From Hydrurus foetidus (Eukaryota), in NCBI GenBank assembly GCA_900617105.1, contig UYFQ01000672.1, positions 1-34,330 of the forward strand: a stretch of DNA of 34,330 nucleotides, read 5' to 3'. Both the position numbers and the translations under genes were made by a program. The notes beneath the pieces are model-generated. The model was not told the origin of the DNA, ran no database searches, and worked only from the letters and a program-made list of their open reading frames with translations. Numbering within the stretch: position 1 is the stretch's first letter; each line of letters begins with the position of its first letter. Shown piece after piece: positions 23,033 to 33,187 of the stretch.

Positions 23033-25111
23033 GTGGTATTATCACCTCATGTGCTTACATCAAGTGTTTGGCAGTTCTTCCGGAAATTCGATATGAAAGC
23101 GGAGGGTCAAACTGCTGCATCATGCGGCCAGTTACGTGTCTGTACAATTTTCTTGGAGGAAGCGAAAGAGGACAGAACTATTGATTTCGTGATTGAGGTT
23201 GACGGGTCAAATACTACAAAAATGACGAATCATTTGCAAAAGTGTCACAAGGACCTAGTTGCTAATGAAAGGGAGAAGTCGGTGAGGGAGCATGTTAGAC
23301 AAGGCAAAACTTTGGACAACTATCTAAACCACGGTGGGATGTTTCTATCTACGTATTTGAAGTGGGTTGTGATGACGTATCAACCAATCGGAACTTGTGA
23401 GGATCCATATTTTCGTGCAATGTGCAGTTCTCTTAACAGCTTCGTTGCCCCACTTGGTAGGGCGAAAGTCACATCTCTTATTAAGGACACTGCCGAGTTC
23501 GTGAAGCAGACATTGATTTTGTCACTCGCTGGAATGTACTGCGCAATCACCTGTGATCATTGGACATCAATCGCGAAGGTTTCCTACCTAGCGGCTACGG
23601 TTCATTTCATTGACGAAAATTGGGAACTAGTATCTTTTACGCTATCTTGCAATGAACATTCCGGTTCTTCGAAAGCCCCCGATGTTCTTCGAGAACTAAA
23701 GAAAGCATGGGAGGCATTTGGAATTACACCAGATCATTTGGTTGCTATAGTCTCTGACACAGCCCCTGTCATGGCAGCTTTTGGCAGAACACTGTACGAG
23801 GAATATGGTGTCTATCATGTCTACTGCAGTGCTCACGTTTTGGAACTCACGACTGGGATGGCCTTCAACATCGAAGGAGCTTTCGAGTGCATGAAAGGTG
23901 CGCGGGGACTGGTAGGCCATTTCAACTCCAGCTCACAGGCAACATCCGATCTTCTTAAGATTCAGGATCGGTCAAATCCGCTCACCATTGTTCAGGATGT
24001 GGCCACACGCTGGTGGTCTACCTTCTCAATGATAAATCGTCTATTGGAGCTCAAAGAGTCGTTCAGTACACTCGTTCGACGCGACCTACTATCCCAAGAC
24101 ATGAATCTTACTGATGAGCAATGGGATGCGCTTAATGACATTAAAGCTCTGTTAGAGCCGTTCATGATAGTTCAAAAAGTTTTGGAAGGCCAAAAATACC
24201 CTACAGCATCTCTTGTACCGTATCTCATCAAGAAGGTTAGAGATGGGTTAGAGAAAGTTGCTTTACACAATCGTCTTCCTGCTATTCGTGATTTGGCCAG
24301 TAAGATGCTCACTGATGGAACAAGCGGTTTCAACACATACTGGGGATCTGGTGCACCTGGGACCATTTTCGATGAGCACAGCACCATGGGCCCCCGTAAT
24401 CGGCAGAAAGGCTGTCCACTCCCCACACTCATTGCATCAGCTCTTGATCCTCGATTGAAGCATCTTCCTTTCCTGAATGAAGTTGATAAGGCAAAAGTGT
24501 GGTCTGCAGTATTGACCTTAATGCGCGAAATCCAGACCAAGAAAAACGCTGAGCTCATAGTAGCGCCTTTGGATGTACCTGCACGTCTTGCGCGAGTACC
24601 TCTTGCACGAGCAGGAGGAACCAATATCTTAATCGATATGTTCGAAGATTTATACGATCCCACGAACGAGGAGAGGGATGATACTGCACCCGAATCTGAG
24701 GGGCTTCAAGATGACGCAATTTTGCTGAGTATCTTAAAGGATGAGCTCCTACATTACCAGACAATGAAGGGCCAATTGATGATGGATGGACCCGACGGGC
24801 CAAGGGATATCAGTGCTGTCTATACTAATCCACTCCACTGGTGGGCGCGGAGTGCAGCAGGTCTACCTCACCTAAGCGTGTTAGCCAAACAGTTCCTATG
24901 CATTCCATCTACTTCTGCTCCTTCGGAGAGAGTGTTTTCGGCCGCTGGGTTAACAATTACCAAGTCTCGCGCCTCTCTACATCCAGACAACGCATCTGAT
25001 CTAATATTTTTGCACAACTCATGGCCGTATGCGGAGAAGTATAATCTGAAAAGAAAAGCTGAAGAGCAGGAAGAAAAGAATGCTGCAGCAGCCACAGATG
25101 TTACAGTTTAA
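23033..25111 (+). CDS. hAT transposase (degenerate BED finger, DDE core, C-terminal dimerisation domain)
   Basis: VWQFF...HL..CH; ITCDHWTS; VSDTA; CSAH; TRWWST; LDPR; PLHWW...LCIPSTSAPSERVFS. Confidence 0.95.
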   Translation: MVLSPHVLTSSVWQFFRKFDMKAEGQTAASCGQLRVCTIFLEEAKEDRTIDFVIEVDGSNTTKMTNHLQKCHKDLVANEREKSVREHVRQGKTLDNYLNHGGMFLSTYLKWVVMTYQPIGTCEDPYFRAMCSSLNSFVAPLGRAKVTSLIKDTAEFVKQTLILSLAGMYCAITCDHWTSIAKVSYLAATVHFIDENWELVSFTLSCNEHSGSSKAPDVLRELKKAWEAFGITPDHLVAIVSDTAPVMAAFGRTLYEEYGVYHVYCSAHVLELTTGMAFNIEGAFECMKGARGLVGHFNSSSQATSDLLKIQDRSNPLTIVQDVATRWWSTFSMINRLLELKESFSTLVRRDLLSQDMNLTDEQWDALNDIKALLEPFMIVQKVLEGQKYPTASLVPYLIKKVRDGLEKVALHNRLPAIRDLASKMLTDGTSGFNTYWGSGAPGTIFDEHSTMGPRNRQKGCPLPTLIASALDPRLKHLPFLNEVDKAKVWSAVLTLMREIQTKKNAELIVAPLDVPARLARVPLARAGGTNILIDMFEDLYDPTNEERDDTAPESEGLQDDAILLSILKDELLHYQTMKGQLMMDGPDGPRDISAVYTNPLHWWARSAAGLPHLSVLAKQFLCIPSTSAPSERVFSAAGLTITKSRASLHPDNASDLIFLHNSWPYAEKYNLKRKAEEQEEKNAAAATDVTV

Positions 25112-25327
25112 TATGCTTTCAGTCAATAGATTTTTTGTTTTGTTTTAACGTTTTAAATGGAGTTATTAAGAAACTCATGTCCTTTAATATGGCGACTTGC
25201 CGTACTTGCCGTCGGCAACTAGCCGTCGGCAACTTGCCGCCGGCAAGTACGGCAAGTGACCCCTTCTGAACTAGCGGCAAGTCGGCAACTTGCCGTCGAC
25301 CCCCATCCGAGGCGGCAAGCAGCCCTA

Positions 25328-26107
25328 GAATGCAGCCAACTTGTTCTTGAAGCGTTTTTATTTCACTGGCTGTAAGCGGGGCTGAGGTGTCGAGTTTGAC
25401 TGTTTGATCTGTTGATCCATATGAAGGTGGTATATATATGGCTGGAGAAGCAGCACCTGCTGTAAGGTGAGGCGCGAATCGTTGTAGAACTTTGGCTATG
25501 TAGCCAGGCATAGTGAGTGCAACACTGTTGGCGGTTGCGTCAAATTTTATTGTGAAACCGATGAAAGTGGAACCAGACCAGTCAATTTTGATGTGGTAGA
25601 GGAGGTTAAGGGTGTGAATGAGGTGATCGGCGTTATCTTGAGTTGAGTACTTAATGCCGAAGTCGTCAATTACAAGAGTGAACGTGATGCCATTGGAGTC
25701 GTGACGAAAAAGACATGGGGTAGGGGTTTCATGATACCCGTGGATGTTTAGATGAGTCACTAATCGTTGCTGAGCGAGTAAGCCGGCCTGTGGAAGACCA
25801 TACACACCTTTGGTAACTTCAAACAGAATTGAATCGTGATGAAGATATTTACTTAGGTTGTGTTTATTCATGGTGGATATTGGAATCATACGCTGGGGTA
25901 TACGAATGTATTCTGGCCTCAGGAGAGGAGTGCCGAGGTAGTAGTCTTTGATGTCTATGGTCATCCAACGACTATTCTCCGATACCACAGAGTGAATAAG
26001 AAGCTTAACGACTGTCATGGCAGCTGTCTGCGCCGATGTTGGTCCGTTGTAGTTGATGCGGTCACCACCAGCAGTGCCGCGAATTCGGTACGTTGTATTC
26101 CCAGTAG
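25328..26107 (-). pseudogene. Copia-3 reverse transcriptase core
   Basis: YRIRGTAGGDRINY, WMTIDIKDYYLGTPL, YGLPQAG, LVIDDFGIKY. Confidence 0.93.
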
Positions 26108-26307
26108 TGTTATGGCTCGGATGGAGAAAGGAAGAGATGGAAGGCTAGAGGTTGGTAGTTAGTTACAGCTATGGCCTAGAAGCTAGGGTTAACTTCTACG
26201 TGGAGGCTGTAAATGGCTACGACGATACAGCAGACTGTAGTGTACGGTGGGTAGTGTACCGTAGTACTATCCGGTAGGATCGGGACCTTGGACCCGGAAC
26301 TACCACA
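26108..26307 (-). repeat. Gypsy LTR a (3' LTR)
   Basis: TGTTATGG...TACCACA; nearly identical to 28465-28664 and 30825-31023. Confidence 0.95.
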
Positions 26308-26730
26308 CTACCCCCACTTATCTTTCTTTCTCAAAGAAAATCTAAACTACACTAAACTATGGCGAAACCCCCGTTTCTATATTTGAAAATACCAATATTT
26401 AACGAATAATATAAATGATAACGGAAAAACGAAAATCAAAATAACTTAACTTAACTTAAATAACTTAAAATGTGCAGGTAAATACAAAAGGGGTTTCGGA
26501 AATCGTGAGAAAGATAAGAATAAGGGAGTATGTACAAAACAGAATCGTTCTGTTGTACGAGGGTCAAACGTAATTATGTCATATTTTTACTGACTAAAAA
26601 ACCATAAAAATCCCTCTTGAGGGCAAAAATTAGGCCAAAAAATCTTCAAAAGATATTACGTTTGAGCTCAAACCTCGGTGGTTGATCCCTCAATATTCCT
26701 GGGAACAAAACGCGACATGTTATTGTTCCT

Positions 26731-28143
26731 CTAGTATACATGGAGTGCATCACAGAGCCGGAGATTCTTCCAAGGCTCCCATGTATTATGTGAGTCATCA
26801 TAGTTGAGCCGGAACGACATTGTAGTCGGTTTCTTTTTATCACCCGAGTGATTAAGAACTTTCTCAACGAAATACTCCATGTAATCGCGACGTGCTGTAT
26901 CAGCAGGTAAGCCCATCGAAGGGTCATAATTGAATATATTAAGATTCGTCACATGTACACTATTGTGTTTATGTGTAATTAAGTTTGCGAGAACATACTC
27001 GGATCCTTCAAAGGACACAACACGGAAAGGACCTTTCCACTTAGTGTGTAATCGAGTTGGAGGGTGTTCTTGTCTTACTAAGACATACGACCCTATAGGG
27101 AACACTGTCAAACCGGATGTCGACTTTTTGTGTTTTTCATCACATTTTTGAAGTGAGTCGATTGCTGCATCGAGGACTTTGTCCTGTATTTCGATTAAAT
27201 CAGCTATGTATGTTGAATTTGAAGATGATACCATCGGTAACAAATGAGGCGTTAAAATCCCTCGATTCAAATCAAGTTTATCCGCGAATAGGATAGATGC
27301 TGGGCTTGCACCCGAAGGCTTATCAACTGAACTATTAATAATTCGTTGTACGAACGGAATGCACTTTGCATAATGGACAAGAGACGGTGTATCGAACACC
27401 AGTCCTTTTAAATATCTATTTATTTCTTTGTTGACTCGTTTAACAATTGCATTCTCCTGAGAGGAGTAAGATAGAGTCAGGTTATGGGGCGTACCCGTAA
27501 GATCCAAGAACTCTTTTACGAGATCATTAGCAAAATGGGATCCACGATCCGATCTTATCATGTTTGGCGAACTATATCGACCAAAATGTGTTAATAAACT
27601 CTCCGCTGCAGATTCGGCAGTAGCGTCCTTACACCAGAACATTTCTGTCCATCTGGAGAAGGTGTCAATTATGACGAGAATATACCCCTTATCGGGGAAG
27701 GGACCCACATAATCAATATTCAACGTATCGAAAATTGCGTGAGTGGAAGTTGAGAAATGAGCCGCATTGATTTTCGCATCAACCGCACTTAGTTTTTGAC
27801 AACAGGGGCAGTTACGTATGTATGAACGTACGTGCTGTTTCATATTTTTCCACACTTGGTTTAGACTGTACAGTCGAGTGAGGGTACGGTCGACACCGTT
27901 GTGACCAACAATTGCATTGTGGCACATCTGAATATGAAGTATTTGTTCATCTGTGGCCGGTTCGATAACCGTTAAAGCCGCCACACTTGTGGAAGAAGAT
28001 GAAGATGATGATGAAAAAACATCTCTAGTAATTGTCAACGGTAGAGCAATTTCAGTTAGGTTCGGACATAACCGTGACAGCGCATCGGCTAATTCGTTAT
28101 CCGATCCCTTGACAAAGTGTACGGTGAAATCAAGTTCTTGCAT
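26731..28143 (-). CDS. Gypsy RNase H tail, integrase and chromodomain (copy 1)
   Basis: NELADALSRL; H-x5-H...CPCC zinc region; IDYVGP; RSDRGSHF; KWKGPF (GPY/F); YFVEKVLNH...TWEPW chromodomain. Confidence 0.93.
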   Translation of the reverse strand: MQELDFTVHFVKGSDNELADALSRLCPNLTEIALPLTITRDVFSSSSSSSSTSVAALTVIEPATDEQILHIQMCHNAIVGHNGVDRTLTRLYSLNQVWKNMKQHVRSYIRNCPCCQKLSAVDAKINAAHFSTSTHAIFDTLNIDYVGPFPDKGYILVIIDTFSRWTEMFWCKDATAESAAESLLTHFGRYSSPNMIRSDRGSHFANDLVKEFLDLTGTPHNLTLSYSSQENAIVKRVNKEINRYLKGLVFDTPSLVHYAKCIPFVQRIINSSVDKPSGASPASILFADKLDLNRGILTPHLLPMVSSSNSTYIADLIEIQDKVLDAAIDSLQKCDEKHKKSTSGLTVFPIGSYVLVRQEHPPTRLHTKWKGPFRVVSFEGSEYVLANLITHKHNSVHVTNLNIFNYDPSMGLPADTARRDYMEYFVEKVLNHSGDKKKPTTMSFRLNYDDSHNTWEPWKNLRLCDALHVY

Positions 28144-28464
28144 TGCAAAGACTAATCTGATGTCTCAAGCAATGGAACCGGTGTCCAAATTGCCAGTGGA
28201 GAACTCCTTAATTTCGAGTTGGGAAGCCTCTCGCGACTTCGACTAGAAACGAACTTTCAGATAAACCTTTCGGAGGGTTTCAAGAGGAAAGTGGCTATGC
28301 CAAACTTCCGTAAACTTAAACTAAGTTCACGGAGCTTCGGGCTCAGCGAGAAAACGACTCCTCGGAAGTCGTGGAGTAAATCTGCTCCGTTGGAAGTCTA
28401 TCTAAAGATTTGGCCGAGTAGATAGTTAGAAGAAGGAGTGTAGAGGGATGAGCGGGAATAGCGC

Positions 28465-28664
28465 TATTATGGCTCGGATGGAGAAAGGAAGAGATGGAAG
28501 GCTAGAGGTTGGTAGTTAGTTACAGCTATGGCCTAGAAGCTAGGGTTAACTTCTACGTGGAGGCTGTAAATGGCTACGACGATACAGCAGACTGTAGTGT
28601 ACGGTGGGTAGTGTACCGTAGTACTATCCGGTAGGATCGGGACCTTGGACCCGGAACTACCACA
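28465..28664 (-). repeat. Gypsy LTR b (shared middle LTR)
   Basis: Direct repeat of LTR a, starting TATTATGG. Confidence 0.95.
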
Positions 28665-29090
28665 CTACCCCCACTTATCTTTCTTTCTCAAAGAAAATCT
28701 AAACTACACTAAACTACACTAAACTATGGCGAAACCCCCGTTTCTATATTTGAAAATACCAATATTTAACGAATAATATAAATGATAACGGAAAAACGAA
28801 AATCAAAATAACTTAACTTAACTTAAATAACTTAAAATGTGCAGGTAAATACAAAAGGGGTTTCGGAAATCGTGAGAAAGATAAAAATAAGGGAGTATGT
28901 ACAAAACAGAATCGATCTGTTTTACGAGGGTCAAACGTAATTATGACATATTTTTACTGACTAAAAAACCATAAAAATCCCTCTTGAGGGAAAAATTAGC
29001 AAAAATCTTCAAAGATACGTTTGAGCCTTCAAACCTCGGTGGTTGATCCTCAATATTCCTGGGAACAAAACGCGACATGTTATTGTTCCT

Positions 29091-30504
29091 CTAGTATACA
29101 TGGAGTGCATCACAGAGCCGGAGATTCTTCCAAGGCTCCCATGTATTATGTGAGTCATCATAGTTGAGCCATTTTACATGGAACGACATTGTAGTCGGTT
29201 TCTTTTTATCACCCGAGTGATTAAGAACTTTCTCAACGAAATACTCCATGTAATCGCGACGTGCTGTATCAGCAGGTAAGCCCATCGAAGGGTCATAATT
29301 GAATATATTAAGATTCGTCACATGTACACCATTGTGTTTATGTGTAATTAAGTTCGCTAGAACATACTCGGATCCTTCAAAGGACACAACACGGAAAGGA
29401 CCTTTCCACTTAGTGTGTAATCGAGTTGGAGGGTGTTCTTGTTTTACCAAGACATACGACCCTATAGGGAACACTGTCAAACCGGATGTCGACTTTTTGT
29501 GTTTTTCATCACATTTTTGAAGTGAGTCGATTGCTGCATCGAGGACTTTGTCCTGTATTTCGATTAAATCAGCTATGTATGTTGAATTTGAAGATGATAC
29601 CATTGGTAACAAATGAGGCGTTAAACTGAATTCCAACCGCTTATCCGCTAATAGATAGATGCTGGCTTCAACTTGAAGGCTTAATAACTGAACCATTAAT
29701 AATTCGTTGCACGAACGGAATGCATTTTGCATAATGGACAAGAGACGGTGTATCGAACACCAGTCCTTTTAAATATCTATTTATCTCTTTGTTGACTCGT
29801 TTAACAATTGCATTCTCCTGAGAGGAGTAAGATAGAGTCAGGTTATGGGGCGTACCCGTAAGATCCAAGAACTCTTTTACGAGATCATTAGCAAAATGGG
29901 ATCCACGATCCGATCTTATCATGTTTGGCGAACTATATCGACCAAAATGTGTTAATAAACTCTCCGCTGCAGATTCGGCAGTAGCGTCCTTACACCAGAA
30001 CATTTCTGTCCATCTGGAGAAGGTGTCAATTATGACGAGAATACACCCCTTATCGGAGAAGGGACCCACATAATCAATATTCAACGTATCGAAAATTGCG
30101 TGAGTGGAAGTTGAGAAATGAGCCGCATTGATTTTCGCATCAACCGCACTTAGTTTTTGACCACAGGGGCAGTTGCGTATGTACGAACGTACGTGCTGTT
30201 TCATATTTTCCACACTTGGTTTAGACTGTACAGTCTAGTGAGGGTACGGTCGACACCGTTGTGACCAACAATTGCATTGTGGCACATCTGAATATGAAGT
30301 ATTTGTTCATCTGTGGCCGGTTCGATAACCGTTAAAGCCGCCACACTTGTGGAAGAAGATGAAGATGATGATGAAAAAAACATCTCTAGTAATTGTCATC
30401 GGTAGAGAAACTTCAGTTAGGTTCGGACATAACCGTGACAGCGCATCGGCTAGTTCGTTATCCGATCCCTTGACAAAGTGTACGGTGAAATCAAGTTCTT
30501 GCAT
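29091..30504 (-). pseudogene. Gypsy integrase-chromodomain (copy 2), frameshifted
   Basis: Four ORF fragments matching copy 1. Confidence 0.92.
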
Positions 30505-30824
30505 TGCAAAGACTAATCTGATGTCTCAAGCAATGGAACCGGTGTCCAAATTGCCAGTGGAGAACTCCTTAATTTCGAGTTGGGAAGCCTCTCGCGACTT
30601 CGACTAGAAACGAACTTTCAGATAAACCTTTCGGAGGGTTTCAAGAGGAAAGTGGCTATGCCAAACTTCCGTAAACTTAAACTAAGTTCTCGGAGCTTCG
30701 GCTCAGCGAGAAAACGACTCCTCGGAAGTCGTGGAGTAAATCTGCTCCGTTGGAAGTCTATCTAAAGATTTGGCCGAGTAGATAGTTAGAAGAAGGAGTG
30801 TAGAGGGATGAGCGGGAATAGCGC

Positions 30825-31023
30825 TATTATGGCTCGGATGGAGAAAGGAAGAGATGGAAGGCTAGAGGTTGTAGTTAGTTACAGCTATGGCCTAGAAGCT
30901 AGGGTTAACTTCTACGTGGAGGCTGTAAATGGCTACGACGATACAGCAGACTGTAGTGTACGGTGGGTAGTGTACCGTAGTACTATCCGGTAGGATCGGG
31001 ACCTTGGACCCGGAACTACCACA
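30825..31023 (-). repeat. Gypsy LTR c (5' LTR)
   Basis: Direct repeat of LTRs a and b with a 1-bp deletion. Confidence 0.95.
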
Positions 31024-32202
31024 GTATCTGTCTTTTGCTTTGTCTGTCGATTGAAGTAGGTTGTGTCTCGGCGTCAATCTGTGGGTTGATCAATGAGATT
31101 GATGGGACGTATGGTTTGCGAAAAGATTAGTCGGTCGAATTCCTCTGATTCAGCTTGCATCCATCTCTCAGCATCGGGGCCAGATTTGCCTTTGGAGTAT
31201 GTTAGCGGACTACCGTCAGTGGATAAATTGAGAGCCCCATAGGCAGTGGCACGTTGGCGCGCAGTTTGCTGTCGTGTAATTCTAGGAGTAGGAGGCGCTG
31301 GATTAGTCGGCCGCCTTCCGATTGGAAATTGGAAAGGGACATTGTCTGGTAGTGGGTCGTGAGATTGAGAAAATGTATTGGGGAGATCACATTGGGCGTT
31401 AGAGTTGCACGGTATGGGAGATGGTAAAAGGTCTTCAGGCTGCTGTCCTATGGGGGTTGGATGGGTGAAAGAGGAGCAGCGAAATGATTGGTATTTACTG
31501 TGTGGTCAATTGACACGGGGGTATTGCTGAGCACCCTCTGTTCCTCGGCAAGGTAAGTAGGAGGTGCGCTTGAATCAGCGATGGACGGTGCAGATGTCAT
31601 GGGATCATTGTTGACAGGGGATGTTGGTGGATGACGATACATTTCAGCAACGTCTAAAAGTTGTTGGATAAGTGATGATGAATCAACGATGTCACCGTCG
31701 TGAAGGACAGTAGGATGCGATTTTTTATGCTTGCAATAATATTACGAAGATCCAAGATAGCGGCAATAAGTAAATCGTGGCGTGAAGGAAGAGGAAGTTA
31801 AAGATTATCAAGAAACCAGGCGACAGTATCGATAACACGCATGGAATTGGTGGATGTAGCCCACACTGTGTAGCAACGATAGTGCTGGAGTGCTGGTCCA
31901 AAATAGAAACCTGGGGCACCATGGGGCGCCCAAGAGCCACGATTTATTGGTTTGTCGTGTATTAGTACTTTCCACCCTGCAGGTGCGGTGGGGTGAGCTC
32001 GGAAGTCATGTGTACCTCCATGTAGACCTGCAAACGCGGAGATAGTGGGATTACTTTTGCACGGATGTAAGTGGTTAAGGCATAACTCGATCTGGGGTAG
32101 GAGCCTGTCCCAAAGAGTGAGCGGGAAATCTTTAGCGGTCGTGCACAATGTAGCAATAACATGATTTTTGAATGTCTGGATACTACGTTCAGCTTTGTTG
32201 GC
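31024..32202 (-). pseudogene. Copia-3 integrase C-terminal part and IN-RT linker, decayed
   Basis: NKAERSIQTFKNH, LWDRLLPQ, SWAPHG..GFYFGPALQHYRCY; stops and frameshifts downstream. Confidence 0.9.
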
Positions 32203-32398
32203 TGCAGCCGTCTGGGGTCCTCGGGACCTTGGACCCCATTCCGTCTGTTTGGGTTCATACCCAAACACACTGTAGACTTCTAGGTAGACTCCTAGCACCC
32301 TATTAGGATGTTTCCCTGCTCATTATGTAGTTCAACAACCCGTTGTAAGCCTAACCCAACACCTGCTAGCCCTCTAGCCTAGTTCCTTCAGGGCCACA
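32203..32398 (+). repeat. Putative 5' LTR (196 bp)
   Basis: TG...CA with imperfect terminal inverted repeat; shares TCGGGACCTTGGACCC and CCTCTAGCCT motifs with the other Gypsy LTR. Confidence 0.6.
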
Positions 32399-33187
32399 GT
32401 GACGTCACTACCCACCAGCATCCATAGTTTCCTAGTGTTCATTCGTGTTTTTCGCCGTCTTCCAGTGCTTCGCTGGAAAAGTTTAAGAAATCTCTCGTGA
32501 AGAGGACTTTCCAGAGTTCCCTCTACTCCGAGATCGATTGTTTTTGGCGGAGCAACGTGCTATTCGAGAGGAACTCGAAAACCGCTGCCCAACTCCGGAG
32601 CTTTCCTACGCCGACGACGATCCAGATCGTCCGCCTGACAATCCTCCGTCTAATCCATCAACTTTCACCGACCCACGTCCGTGGACAGTAACTCCTACAG
32701 TCCTACGTCATTCTCTTGATAGAGAAACCGCGAGTTCATCGCTTTTTAACGCCTCTAATTACTACTCTACTCCTTCCACACACCCAGCACTCTCTTGCGT
32801 AACCCCTGCACCTTCAGCTTTTAAGCGAAGTCGACCGGTTTTCAAACCGAGAACAGTTGAGAAGCGACTTCAGCAAGTTCGCTCCGCTGTATACCAAGGT
32901 TTCAACACGAAACCTTGTCGAATTTGTTGGAAACCAACGAATTTCTGAGTGTTACGCCAGTTTCTGTTTTGCAAACTCGACCAACTTATAAGTCGACATT
33001 CCCACCGGTTCAATAAACCGAGTCAAACCTAAGCAATCCACTTAGAGAGAAAAACGTTCCGGGGTTATATCCCGTTGAGCGTGGAAACGCTTCTTACGAG
33101 GCGTCGGGAGATAGTTTTCTATACGAAAATCTCCAGAATATAATTCCAACACTTCGTGTGGAATTATTGACTGAAAACACTCACCCT

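Larger units (their letters stand above)
21975..25327 (+). mobile_element. hAT DNA transposon, 3353 bp
   Basis: 15-bp TIR TAGGGCTGCTTGCCG; 8-bp TSD GAATGCAG at 21967-21974 and 25328-25335; many subterminal TTGCCG/CGGCAA repeats; removal restores RT ...QVGCIL|YYALG... Confidence 0.97.
26108..31023 (-). mobile_element. Internally deleted Ty3/Gypsy chromovirus in a tandem LTR-int-LTR-int-LTR arrangement (period about 2.36 kb)
   Basis: Three LTRs of about 200 bp; PPT AAGTGGGGGTAG (minus strand) next to LTRs a and b; each unit has only a leader, RNase H tail, integrase and chromodomain; flanks GTAG/GTAT form an imperfect 4-bp TSD that restores the Copia frame. Confidence 0.92.
21028..32202 (-). 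mobile_element. Ty1/Copia retrotransposon (Copia-3, CoDi-like), split by three later insertions; 5' half lies beyond the window
   Basis: 3' LTR and PPT; RH and RT end at 21284-21974; RT at 25328-26107; IN C-terminus and RT start at 31024-32202. Confidence 0.9.

Noticed and set aside
25119..25327. C-terminal extension of the RT ORF and N-terminal extension of ORF 21284..22063
   Set aside because: Both are read-through into the hAT termini.
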